In this document: one piece after another, positions 27,282 through 36,413 of the stretch | Position numbering within the stretch: the first letter of the stretch is position 1 | Layout of the letters: every line of letters begins with the position of its first letter | From: Limisphaerales bacterium | GTDB taxonomy: Bacteria > Verrucomicrobiota > Verrucomicrobiia > Limisphaerales > JBBRWD01 | DNA length: 64,000 nt | NCBI GenBank assembly: GCA_038249465.1 | Contig: JBBRWD010000011.1 | Coordinates: 38,458-102,457, forward strand | Direction: 5' to 3' | Position numbers and translations under genes: made by a program | Notes under the pieces: generated by a model | Told to the model about the DNA's origin: nothing | The model's database searches: none | Seen by the model: the letters and a program-made list of their open reading frames with translations, nothing else

Positions 27282-28709
27282 ATGCAAACCTGGCCGCTTT
27301 ACCTCAACGGCGCGCGCGTCGAGACCACGGACACCACCGACGTGCTCAATCCCGCCACCGGCGATGTCTTCGCCCGCATGTCGAACCTACCGCGCTCCGG
27401 CGTCGCGCAGGCGATCGCCGATGCCCACGCCGCCTTTGCGGGCTGGCGCGCACTGACGGTCCGGGCGCGCGCGGAATTTCTTTTCAAGACGGCCGCGGAA
27501 CTGGAGCGCCGCCGGGATGAGGTTGCGCGCGTCATCACCACCGAAAACGGCAAGCCGCTGGCGCAAAGCGTCGCGGAGACAAATTTCGCGATCGATCATT
27601 TGCGCTGGTTTGCCGAGGAGGCCAAACGCAGTGCCGGCCGCACGATCCCGAACTGGATCGAAGGCAAACGGCATCTCATCGTCCAGACTCCGCTGGGCGT
27701 CGTCGGCGCCATCAGCCCGTGGAACTTCCCTCTCATGCTGGCGGTGCGCAAAGTCGCGCCCGCGCTCGCCGCCGGTTGCACGGTGGTGCTCAAGCCCGCG
27801 CGCCAGTCGCCGCTCTGCGCCGTGCTTTTTGCGGAATGCGTCCACGCGGCCGGATTGCCCCGGGGCGTCTTTCAACTCGTGCAGGGCAAGGCGGGCGACG
27901 TGGGCGCGGAGTTCCTCGAGAATCCGCTCGTCCGCAAAATCACCTTCACCGGTTCCACCGAGGTCGGGAAACTGCTGATTCGCGGCGCCGCTGATCAGGT
28001 GAAACCGCTCTCGCTCGAACTCGGCGGCCAGGCGGCGTGTCTCGTGTTCAGCGACGCCGATTTCGAGCAGGCAGTGGAGGGCGTGCTCGCTGCGAAGTTT
28101 CGCAACACCGGACAATCCTGCATCGCGGCGAATCGCATCTACGTGCAGCGCGCCATTTATCCCGGATTTCTCGAAGCGTTCACGGCGCGGGTGCAAGCAA
28201 TGAAGGTGGGCGACGGCTTCGAGGAGGGCGTGCAGATTGGGCCGCTCATTGACGCGGACGGTGTGCGGAAAGCGGCGGAACACGTCGCGGATGCCGTCCG
28301 GCGCGGCGCGCGCCTGCTGTGTGGCGGCGAACCCATGCGCGAACGGCCCGGGTTCTTCTTCGCACCCACCGTGCTCGCCGATGTGCCGGAGGACAGCCTC
28401 TGCCAGTGCGAGGAAACTTTCGCCCCGGTGGCGCCGGTAAGTGTGTTCGATACGGAAGCGGAGGCGATCGCGCTCGCCAATGGAACGGTCTATGGCTTGA
28501 GCGCCTATGCGTTCACGCGCGATCTCGGCCGCGCGTTTCGCCTGATGGACTCGCTCGAAGCCGGAACCATCGGACTGAATGACGGCGTGCCGACCGCCAC
28601 GCAGGCGCCTTTCGGCGGCGCCAAGCAGAGCGGTTGGGGCCGCGAACTCGGGCGCGAAGGACTGGACGCGTTCCTCGAAACCAAACACATCTCGATCCGC
28701 GTGGGGTGA
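27282..28709 (+). CDS. gabD: NAD(P)+-dependent aldehyde dehydrogenase, succinate-semialdehyde dehydrogenase-like
   Basis: ALDH motifs are present: 'FTGSTEVGK', 'LELGGQAA' (catalytic Glu) and 'FRNTGQSCIAANRIYV' (catalytic Cys). The overall alignment by eye to E. coli GabD is strong ('VEGVLAAKFRN', 'IGPLID', 'EETFAPVAP', 'PFGGAKQSGWGRE'). The substrate is inferred. Confidence 0.8.
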   Translation: MQTWPLYLNGARVETTDTTDVLNPATGDVFARMSNLPRSGVAQAIADAHAAFAGWRALTVRARAEFLFKTAAELERRRDEVARVITTENGKPLAQSVAETNFAIDHLRWFAEEAKRSAGRTIPNWIEGKRHLIVQTPLGVVGAISPWNFPLMLAVRKVAPALAAGCTVVLKPARQSPLCAVLFAECVHAAGLPRGVFQLVQGKAGDVGAEFLENPLVRKITFTGSTEVGKLLIRGAADQVKPLSLELGGQAACLVFSDADFEQAVEGVLAAKFRNTGQSCIAANRIYVQRAIYPGFLEAFTARVQAMKVGDGFEEGVQIGPLIDADGVRKAAEHVADAVRRGARLLCGGEPMRERPGFFFAPTVLADVPEDSLCQCEETFAPVAPVSVFDTEAEAIALANGTVYGLSAYAFTRDLGRAFRLMDSLEAGTIGLNDGVPTATQAPFGGAKQSGWGRELGREGLDAFLETKHISIRVG

Positions 28710-28800
28710 CGCAGCGCGATGAATCCCTGTCTGCGCGCGCGGCGACCGTGTGCGCAGGGCGCTTAGGTGTGGAAATGATTTCGTCGCGGCCCGAGCGCTG

Positions 28801-29235
28801 TCAGAGGCGCTTCTCGTCCGCGTCGATCAGGTCCACAAAGCACCGGACGTCCTCACGGTGCGCGAGGCCAAACTCCTGCTTGCGCTGCTGAAAGCGTTCC
28901 TGCGCCGCCGCATCACCGGCTCTTGGATAGGTGAGCATCTCCTCGCCGTGCGCGTGTTTTTCGGCGGCGGTTTTCTTCACGTTCTGCCGGACCCAATTGC
29001 ACACCTCGCCATCGGTGATGCTGGACTGAACCACGGCGACCATCTGTTCATGAGTGACACCCGCCGCCCGGGCCCACATGCCGTCGAAACCCTTGCCAAG
29101 GTTGGCTTGATAATCAACGGGCAGCTTGCCGGCGGGATGCAGGCGAAGCTTGTCGATATATCGCGGCAGGTGCATCCAGCCGTCCATCATTTCACGGGGA
29201 CTTCGCGGATAAATGGGATCGCTCATGGGCGACAT
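28801..29235 (-). CDS. DUF5069-like protein
   Basis: 'YPRSPREMMDGWMHLPRYIDKLRL...LPVDYQANLGKGFD' resembles the DUF5069 N-terminal signature as I remember it. The track start at 29262 is TTG. ATGs at 29235 and 29226 were verified and are more plausible starts. Confidence 0.55.
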   Translation of the reverse strand: MSPMSDPIYPRSPREMMDGWMHLPRYIDKLRLHPAGKLPVDYQANLGKGFDGMWARAAGVTHEQMVAVVQSSITDGEVCNWVRQNVKKTAAEKHAHGEEMLTYPRAGDAAAQERFQQRKQEFGLAHREDVRCFVDLIDADEKRL

Positions 29236-29311
29236 TATTTTTGCCGCCGGCGGGACTGTCAATCACCAGCGTGCTTGCGGTCATCATTGGCGTGCGCTAA
29301 ACAACCCTGCA

Positions 29312-29706
29312 TGTTCACGGCACCCAGACGAGGTCTGACACTCGATCACCTCTGGCTCTGGCTCATCGCCAGCGTCGTGCCCATGTTTTTGTCGGTCATC
29401 CAGTGCGCCGACTACAACGACCTGGCCAGCGAGAGCAAGGCGTGGTGGGAAATCATTTTGATCGCGCTGTCCACGCAGGGCGGCCCCTTTGTTGGTCTGG
29501 TGGCGGATCCGGACATGAAGCGGGATTTGATCGTCCGTTACGCGGGTCTTGGCGGGGGAATGCTCGTCATCGGCCTCACGAGTTTCTTTCTGATCAAGCC
29601 GTCGCCGTTTCTCTTCTGGAAGATTCTTGCCTGGGTGTTCTACGGGCTGGCGGTCATCACCTGGTTTGTGCTCGGGCAGGTGGCGCTCCGGGGGGCCTTG
29701 AGTTGA
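29312..29706 (+). CDS. hypothetical integral membrane protein (about 131 aa)
   Basis: Only the 3' part of track ORF 28750..29706 does not overlap the opposite-strand gene. From ATG 29312 it encodes 4 hydrophobic segments ('LWLWLIASVVPMFLSVI', 'WWEIILIALS', 'GGGMLVIGLTSFFLI', 'ILAWVFYGLAVITWFVLG'). Confidence 0.4.
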
Positions 29707-29708
29707 AC

Positions 29709-31292
29709 TCAGAGCTTGCGGCGAAAGATGGATTTGCCGGCGGGCCGGGCTGACGCGCGATCCGGCCCGGCCGTCGCGGCGGCGGAAAGGGAGGTCTCAC
29801 CCACCACCAGTAAATCGTTTGTTGACATGGCCGGCACGTTGGCTGCGGGACTGTGCGCCGCCGCCTGCGCCCCGGTTGATTTTTGCCACTGTTTGACGGC
29901 CTTAAACCAGGATTCCGCGGCCAGTTCGCTGATTTGTTCCAATTCGAGGGCCGTCATGGAGGACGGATCGGCCTTGAATTGGAGGAGCATCCGGATGCCC
30001 TGATCGAACTCGAAAACATGATCCGGTTGAGACTCGGCGGTGTCAGTTGTTTGGGATTGCCACACCCAATGACCCTCGGGCAGCACCAACTTGACGCGGG
30101 AGAATCCGAGCTTGCGGGATACGGCGCAAAATTCCTGCCAGAGTTCGGGCAGGGTCCATCCCTGTTCCGCCTCCAGTTCCAGGCAGTTGCTCAGCGCCAG
30201 CGCATAACGGACACGATCACGCATCTGGGCCGAGTCGCCCACCGCGCGACCGACGGCCATGAGATCAAGTCCAAGCCGCGAGCCGCGCACCGCCAGCAGT
30301 AACACGAGGAAGCCGCCGCCGACCAGCACCGGCAACCAGCGCCCCTGCGTCCAAAGCAGGCCAAACGCCGACAGCGCCAGCACCAGGGAGACGCCGTACA
30401 AGACCAGCACGGTCTTCTGCCGGGAAAATCCGTGCTTCAGCAACCGGTGGTGAATATGACGGCGGTCAGCGCGGAATACGGGCAGCCCTTTGAGTCCGCG
30501 CCGGAAAATGGCGAGGGCGGTGTCCATGATGGGCAGCCCCAGCGCGATGAGGGGAGCGAACAACGCCCCCGCCACCGTCCCTTTTTGCGCATTGGCGATC
30601 GACAGCACCCCGATCAGGAATCCTAGGAAGTAAGCCCCGCCGTCGCCGAGGTAGATGCGCGCGGGCGGAAAATTGAAGCGTAAAAACGCCACCAGCGCGC
30701 CCGAAACCGCCGCAGCCACCAGACAGTGCGCGATGTCCCCGCCAAGGCTGAGGTAGGCCAGCAGCGCCATGACCATCAGTCCGATGCCGCCTGCCAGGCC
30801 ATCGATGCCGTCGATGAGGTTGATCAGGTTGGTGGTGGCCACGACCCAGAGGGCCGTCACGCCCAGACTCAGGGCGCCCAGTTCGATGAAGTTACCGGTG
30901 ACCGGATTTTTGAAGCCGGTGATCTGGATTCCTCCGAACCAGACGATGTGCGCGATGATGAATTGCAGCAGCAGCTTCTTCTTCGCGCCCAGCGGCTTGA
31001 AATCGTCCCAGAGTCCCACGCCTAACATGGCGAGGCTCCCGCAGAGGATCGTGAGGTGCTGCGGCGTATCCAGCATTTTGATGCCCAGGGCAAAATGACT
31101 GAACAGGATAATGGCCACGAAGCCCGCCCCCAGCGCGAGACCGCCGAGTCGGGGCACGACCTCGCCCGATTGATGATGAAAATCGCCGCGCAATGTTCCG
31201 GGGCGAACCCGCGCCGCAAGGAACAAGGTCACGGTCAAGACCCCCCATCCGACAACAAAACCCACCAGGGCTCCCAGAACGAGGTCATTCAT
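29709..31292 (-). CDS. polyprenyl-phosphate N-acetylhexosamine-1-phosphate transferase (MraY/WecA family, GT4) with a ~190-aa C-terminal extension
   Basis: ATG at 31292 was verified. There are multiple TM segments. Signature motifs are 'NLINLIDGIDGLAGG', 'YLGDGGAYFLGF' and 'DRRHIHHRLL'. The extension after about aa 335 has no motif I recognise. Confidence 0.85.
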   Translation of the reverse strand: MNDLVLGALVGFVVGWGVLTVTLFLAARVRPGTLRGDFHHQSGEVVPRLGGLALGAGFVAIILFSHFALGIKMLDTPQHLTILCGSLAMLGVGLWDDFKPLGAKKKLLLQFIIAHIVWFGGIQITGFKNPVTGNFIELGALSLGVTALWVVATTNLINLIDGIDGLAGGIGLMVMALLAYLSLGGDIAHCLVAAAVSGALVAFLRFNFPPARIYLGDGGAYFLGFLIGVLSIANAQKGTVAGALFAPLIALGLPIMDTALAIFRRGLKGLPVFRADRRHIHHRLLKHGFSRQKTVLVLYGVSLVLALSAFGLLWTQGRWLPVLVGGGFLVLLLAVRGSRLGLDLMAVGRAVGDSAQMRDRVRYALALSNCLELEAEQGWTLPELWQEFCAVSRKLGFSRVKLVLPEGHWVWQSQTTDTAESQPDHVFEFDQGIRMLLQFKADPSSMTALELEQISELAAESWFKAVKQWQKSTGAQAAAHSPAANVPAMSTNDLLVVGETSLSAAATAGPDRASARPAGKSIFRRKL

Positions 31293-31749
31293 GCGCGAAC
31301 CCCCGCATCCCTGCTAGGTTGGAAATGGTCATGGCATTCATATCGGCAGAAGACGCGCGAGCCCGGCACTTTCCAAGCGGGCATCCCCGCGCAGACTTTC
31401 TTTCAACAACGCTCATCGGCTCCTCTGCTTATAGTTTAAGGAAAATCCCAGTCAATCTGGTTTTGGAGTCAATTAGGTTTCGGATTTCTCTCCTCAGACT
31501 CTTCTCGTTTGCTCTTCAGCCGTGCTCAGGCCGCGCTGTTCCTTGGACGAATCGTTCCCTTCGGGCGTCACAACTCGTTCGCGGACTTGCCAAAAACCGC
31601 CTGTCGAATCGAATCAAGATCCCCCACACAGGAAACTTCGCCACGTTCCGACCGGGCTCTACCCGGTGTTCTCAGCCTGGGAAAATGCCCGCCGATTGCC
31701 TTTGTGGGCGGGTGCCGAACAGGTGGTGTCTCGTCAGAATGTGCCGAAG

Positions 31750-32802
31750 TCACGGCACCGGAACACTTCCGGCCGGGCTTGGCTCCCGGCGAAAGTTCAC
31801 CACGCGAACCAGACCCGCGTGGCGTTTGCCATCCACCTCGACCCACCCGCGGATCACCAGATCGGGACGCACACCGGACCTTGGCTCCAGATTGAAATCC
31901 CGGCCTTCCGCCCATTCGATCCGGCGATCGTCGAGACCGCCAAACCAGTCTCCCGCCTTGTCCCCGACGGTGTCGGCCGAGGAAATGTCGAGCGGCACCC
32001 AGCCCAGGCCGGGGGCGAAGAAGTTCGGCCAGCAGCGATAGCCTGGATCGTGATCCTTGCCCTCGTTCTCCAAGCGGAGGCGGCTGCCAAACAACAGGCG
32101 GCAGGGAATGCCCCGCGCGCGGCAGAGCGCGATGAACAGCGCGTGCTGGTCGGTGCAGCAATCACCCTTGCCCACGAGGCACTCCTGCGCATCGCCCAGA
32201 CACTGGCCCTTGGGCATTGGCCCGAAGTTCGAGTAGTGGTCGCTCTTTTCGATCACATAATTGAAAAATCGGCGGGCCTGCACCACGGGATTGAGTTCGG
32301 TGCCGGCGAGGCGGTCGGCAATCTTCCGGATGGCCGGCGTGACCTCCATGTGGATCTCATCCGGCCGCAGATCGGCGGCGAAGGCGCGGCGGTGTTCCTC
32401 GGTGATCGGGCCGGTCTTGGTCCGATCCGCCAATCCGCTGACCGCGCGGCGCCGGATCGTGAACCCGGTCACAATCTCCAGCGGTTTGCCCGGGTCGGCC
32501 GCCACTTCGGCGTAAAGCCAGGAACGGCCGTAAACTGGATCGCGCGTGATGCGGAATGTCTCCGGCGCCCGCACGATCCGGAAGTCGAGCAACTCCTGCT
32601 CGGGCCGGTCCTCCGGCATCCAGAACCATGCCCGCACCTGCTTCGCGTCGGCGGGCAGATTGGTCACGGTGAAGGTCTGGCGGATCGCGTAAACCGTCTG
32701 GGCGGACACTTGCCCCAGACTGCCGGCGGCGCACAGGACCGCGAGACAGAGGAGTTGTCGCGCCTGAGATGGTGCTCCAGTGGATGTTCTGATGAATTGC
32801 AT
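31750..32802 (-). CDS. secreted transglutaminase-like cysteine protease-fold protein
   Basis: ATG at 32802 was verified. The signal peptide is 'LLCLAVLCAAGSLGQVSAQ'. The transglutaminase-core motif is 'GKGDCCTDQHALFIALCRARGIPCRLLFG', with downstream 'DHDPGYRCW' and 'WVPLDIS'. Confidence 0.8.
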   Translation of the reverse strand: MQFIRTSTGAPSQARQLLCLAVLCAAGSLGQVSAQTVYAIRQTFTVTNLPADAKQVRAWFWMPEDRPEQELLDFRIVRAPETFRITRDPVYGRSWLYAEVAADPGKPLEIVTGFTIRRRAVSGLADRTKTGPITEEHRRAFAADLRPDEIHMEVTPAIRKIADRLAGTELNPVVQARRFFNYVIEKSDHYSNFGPMPKGQCLGDAQECLVGKGDCCTDQHALFIALCRARGIPCRLLFGSRLRLENEGKDHDPGYRCWPNFFAPGLGWVPLDISSADTVGDKAGDWFGGLDDRRIEWAEGRDFNLEPRSGVRPDLVIRGWVEVDGKRHAGLVRVVNFRREPSPAGSVPVP

Positions 32803-33065
32803 AAAAGAATCTGGGATTCAATTACCGGGAGATGCGAGCCGCACCAAGCCGGCTGGGGCGAAGTGCTGGAAGGCAGTGGCGGATTGGAGAGGCGCGGCGA
32901 AGGCGGAGGCGGTTCAGGCTGGTTTCAAGGTGAACTCCGAATCGTGAAGCCCGAAATCAGCCGCCTCGATCAGTGAAGTAGCTTCCATTCGCGCCGAACC
33001 GATGCTGGGTTTGAAACTGCTCGCGCCTTCCGAAGCTTCGTCCGCCAGACTCCGCACGGGAGCAT

Positions 33066-33223
33066 GGGCACATCCACGCACTGCCCCGCATGCAACCGGG
33101 TTGGAGTGCGACGTTGACGTCGCTGCCCCGTGCGCCCGGCCGCCGGCCAATGATGGCACCCTGTCCCGCGGCCTACCGAACCGGCCGGAAGGCCGCGCGC
33201 GGGGGCAGTGCGCGGATGCGCCC
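33066..33223. mobile_element. MITE-like element, copy C (same termini as copies A and B, divergent interior)
   Basis: The ends are 'GGGCACATCCACGCACTGCCCCG' and 'CGGGGGCAGTGCGCGGATGCGCCC'. The left ~60 nt ('..CCGGGTTGGAGTGCGACGTTGACGTCGC') parallels copy A. 'CGGGAG' occurs on both sides, but offset by 3 nt on the left, so the flanking duplication is unclear. Confidence 0.6.
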
Positions 33224-33231
33224 CGGGAGAA

Positions 33232-35850
33232 CTATTCGGCCAGATCGGTCTTGATGCGCTCCAATTCCGCCACCGCCGACTCGAAGCGCTCGCCGGCGAT
33301 TTCGCGGGCCAGGGCAGCAAACCGGGCCTCGAATGCGGTGCCTTTCACCTGCGGATGCAGCGCCGCCAGTTCCGCTGGCGCATCCATGTCGGCATTGCGC
33401 AGCAGCGATTCCAGAGTCCAAAGGCTGAGCCGCAGCGCCTTCACATCGAACGATGGCGGGGCCGGAACCGCGCTGACTTTCCTGGGAGCGGGCGGGGACG
33501 AAGGCGCAGAGGGCGCCCCGGCGGGCGGCTCGCCCCGGGGTGAATCCATGACGAAAAGCTCCTGCTGCCGCGAGGGCGCGGCGCTCTTCCGGACGCGCGA
33601 CGCCTTCTTTGCCGCGGGCTTCGCTGGTGGTTCCTCCGGCCCGGGCGAATCTGTTGGTTTCGGCTCCTCGTTTTCCGGCAACTCTGGGGCGCCCTCCATG
33701 ACGTCCGAGTCGGTGGAATCCATTGGCGGCAATTCGTCGGCCGGCAAGTCATCGGCGATCGGCGTCTCGATTTCATCCGGTGTCGGCGCGCGACGAATCC
33801 GGCCGCGTCGCTTGCTGGCCAGCTCGGGTTGGAGAGGCTCGGACTCCGGTTCGGTGGCTGGTTCAACGACCGCTTCCTCCACTTCGCTCTCCGGCACGAT
33901 GGGTGGCTCCGCGAATTCAGCGTCCGAAACGACGAGCGTTTCCTCAACGAGCGCAGGCGTCGCCGGAGGTTCGGCCTCAAGGCGTGTTGGTTCCGACGGC
34001 GTCTCCGCGCTTTGGGACATGCTCGACAGAAGATCGTTCTTCTCCCGGACGGCGTCCTCAATGGCCTGCCTGGCGGCGGCGAGTTCCTGCTCGGCGCGTT
34101 TGTGGCCGGTGATATCGACCAGCAGGCCGATCAATCCGCCGGGCCGGCAGTCGTCCTGGCGGAAGCCATTCACCGAATAGAGCGCGGGGTGTTCCTCTTC
34201 GTCGGCGAAGGCAATCGTCAATTCGTAGCTCCGCTGGTCGGCGTCCCGAATCACCGCCACATCTTCGTCGTGGAACCGGATTCGCTCCTCCTCGGGCAGG
34301 CAGTCGAGATCGAGCGAAGTCTGGCCCTTGAGGCTTTCGCTCTCGACCCCGAAGGCGTGCTCGTAAGCGTGGTTGCAGATCAGGAAACGCGCCCCGGCGT
34401 CCTTGACGAAAATCGGGTACGGGATGGCGTTGAGGATCGCGGCCACGAGCGCGTGTTGGTCCGCCAGCGCCTGCTGGGTCTTGAGGCGTTCCTCGCTTTC
34501 CGCCGTCAGTTGCCCGGTGCGCTGCGCCAGATCGGCGGTGCATTCGCGCAAGCGCTTATCGAGTTCCGCATGGAACTGGCGAATCTCCGCCTCGGCGGCT
34601 TGGTGCCCCTCGATCTCGACCTTAAATTCGTCGCGCGAGGCGGTCACGGATTTGATCCGGTCGAGCATCTGATCGAAGGAGCGCCCGAGCCGGCCGATTT
34701 CACCTTGGCCCTCCTGTCCGACGCGATGCTCCCAATCGCCGCCGGCGATGCGCCGGACACCCTGATCCAGCGCCTGCACTGGACGCGCGCTGCGGCGCGC
34801 CGCGAGCCACGCCACCGCGAGCGCGAACACGGCCGACACCAGCGCCGTCCACCACGCCATCTCGCGCCGGACGGCCAGCGCCGCCAGCGCCTCGGATCGC
34901 TCCATGCGCACCACCAGTCCGCACTTGAGCTGCGGCAGATGAGTCCACCAGGCGAGGCCTGGCACGCCGCGCAGATCCGTCATCACGCCGCTGCCGCTTT
35001 TGCCCTGGGAAGCCAGCACAATGGGGGCATCCTTGGCGCCGTTCCACGGCATGGATTGGAAGGCCGGCAGTTTGTTATCGCGCGGTGGCGTCAGCATCAT
35101 GAACTGACCGCCGCGCATCTCCCCTAACTCGATGTCGCCGGTCGCGCCCAGACCCGCATAGTCCCGGGTCAACGAGGTGATCGCCTCGCGGCTGATCTCC
35201 AGCACCGCAAAACCCGCCAGAGAACGGCCCTGCATCATCGGCGCCGCGACGAAGATTGCCGCGCGTCCCGTCGGCGGATGAATGCGGAAACTCGAGATCG
35301 CCGGTCGCAGCGTGACGCGCGCCGCCTCGATCACCCGCGTCAATTCCGTGTCGCGATGGCGTCCCGTGCGCAGGTTGGTGCCCAGCTCCGGACGCGCGGT
35401 CGTGGCCAGCAACACATCGCCCGCCGGCGACACGAGCAGCGCGTCGGCATAGCCGGTGGTGGTCACCACCATCCGCAAATGCTCGAAGGGCGGTTGCGAG
35501 GCCGCACGGTAGCGCTCAGAGGAGAATCCCCCCCGCTGGAGCACGGCCGCCGAGAGTTCAGGTGCGGCGCGGACCAGAACCGGTGTGCGACTCAGCATCA
35601 GGACGTCGCCCTGGCAATCGTCAAAGAACAGATTAAGCAGCCGCAGCTTCTGTTCGCCGACGAGGTTGATGCGCGCCTGCGCGTCGCGCCTCAGGGTGCT
35701 CGCCTGGTAAACGTAGCTGACGATCTGGACGAGCAGCAGCGGCACCAGCGCCGCCAGCAGGCACCACAGAAGGGTGCGGCCGAGGATGCTTTCGCGGAGT
35801 TTCAAGCGCGCCCCGTCGGCGGCTTCGCGGGAGAAGGGATGGTTTTTCAT
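33232..35850 (-). CDS. membrane sensor protein: Cache-like periplasmic domain, HAMP, coiled coil, PAS, a long acidic/Pro-rich disordered region and a small helical C-terminal domain; no kinase, GGDEF or MCP output seen
   Basis: The start is placed at ATG 35850 (verified; 'MKNHPFS..'). TM1 is 'TLLWCLLAALVPLLLVQIV'. TM2 plus HAMP reads 'WWTALVSAVFALAVAWLAARRSARPVQALDQGVRRIAGGDWEHRV..IGRLGRSFDQMLDRI'. The PAS domain is 'LVAAILNAIPYPIFVKDAGARFLICNHAYEHAFG...GLIGLLVDITGHKRAE'. About 290 aa rich in E/P/A/S follow, then 'LHPQVKGTAFEARFAALAREI'. Confidence 0.8.
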   Translation of the reverse strand: MKNHPFSREAADGARLKLRESILGRTLLWCLLAALVPLLLVQIVSYVYQASTLRRDAQARINLVGEQKLRLLNLFFDDCQGDVLMLSRTPVLVRAAPELSAAVLQRGGFSSERYRAASQPPFEHLRMVVTTTGYADALLVSPAGDVLLATTARPELGTNLRTGRHRDTELTRVIEAARVTLRPAISSFRIHPPTGRAAIFVAAPMMQGRSLAGFAVLEISREAITSLTRDYAGLGATGDIELGEMRGGQFMMLTPPRDNKLPAFQSMPWNGAKDAPIVLASQGKSGSGVMTDLRGVPGLAWWTHLPQLKCGLVVRMERSEALAALAVRREMAWWTALVSAVFALAVAWLAARRSARPVQALDQGVRRIAGGDWEHRVGQEGQGEIGRLGRSFDQMLDRIKSVTASRDEFKVEIEGHQAAEAEIRQFHAELDKRLRECTADLAQRTGQLTAESEERLKTQQALADQHALVAAILNAIPYPIFVKDAGARFLICNHAYEHAFGVESESLKGQTSLDLDCLPEEERIRFHDEDVAVIRDADQRSYELTIAFADEEEHPALYSVNGFRQDDCRPGGLIGLLVDITGHKRAEQELAAARQAIEDAVREKNDLLSSMSQSAETPSEPTRLEAEPPATPALVEETLVVSDAEFAEPPIVPESEVEEAVVEPATEPESEPLQPELASKRRGRIRRAPTPDEIETPIADDLPADELPPMDSTDSDVMEGAPELPENEEPKPTDSPGPEEPPAKPAAKKASRVRKSAAPSRQQELFVMDSPRGEPPAGAPSAPSSPPAPRKVSAVPAPPSFDVKALRLSLWTLESLLRNADMDAPAELAALHPQVKGTAFEARFAALAREIAGERFESAVAELERIKTDLAE

Positions 35851-35867
35851 CCTAGATTCGGCATTTG

Positions 35868-36011
35868 AACCGCAGATAAACGCGGATGAACGCAGATTCC
35901 GGCGACAGGCGAAATGGATGCCCGGCGCCCGCAAGGTGAGACGACCCCACTCTTCCGCATCCGGTTTTGCATCTTAAATTCATTTGCGTCCATCTGAGTT
36001 CATCTGCGGTT
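35868..36011. repeat. inverted pair of 31-nt arms, each built from three ~10-nt 'YCATCTGCGK' units
   Basis: The arms are at 35868-35898 and 35981-36011. The reverse complement of the first arm matches the second at 25/31 positions (hand alignment). The first arm begins 18 nt upstream of the sensor ATG (35850). A related single copy is at 63291-63314. Confidence 0.75.
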
Positions 36012-36250
36012 TTGAGAATCATCATCTGCCCAATGTTGTTCTGCGATGACGGCCAGACAGGCCATCGTTCTCCGGCGTGTCGTTCACGATCAGAATCGGT
36101 GGCGTGTCGGCGATGTTCGGCATAGTCGATGGTTGGAACGGACCGCAGCATAGGGGCCGGTCCGCCCGACGGCAATGCGGGAACGCGGTCCGACTTTGAC
36201 CCGTGCGGCAGTCGTCATTTCGCCAGGGTGACACGATGGCCGACGAACGG

Positions 36251-36327
36251 GGGTAGGGCGCGCCACTCCGTGCGCGCCGCAGACCGTTCCAACGCGCTGA
36301 GTGGCGCGCTACGGACAGACGCGTCCC
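36251..36327. repeat. REP-like GC-rich palindromic element, copy D
   Basis: 'GGGTAGGGCGCG', 'GCGCGCCG' and 'GCGCGCTACGGACAGACGCGTCC' are shared with the reverse complement of the element at 63383-63454. An internal perfect 11-bp stem pairs GCGCGCCACTC (36259-36269) with GAGTGGCGCGC (36299-36309). Confidence 0.65.
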
Positions 36328-36413
36328 ACTTGGGGGTTTTCGTGATTAATACGATTTGAGTCACCTTGCCGCGCCGCTGAAGTTCGTTTTGCCGCCGCGC
36401 GTCGAAGTTGCCC

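Noticed and set aside
31293-31749. A 457-bp intergenic region upstream of the WecA-like gene, inspected for an ncRNA or riboswitch (SRP RNA, 6S and similar).
   Set aside because: I could not recognise conserved ncRNA motifs by eye. A covariance-model scan (Rfam/Infernal) would be needed, so no feature is claimed.
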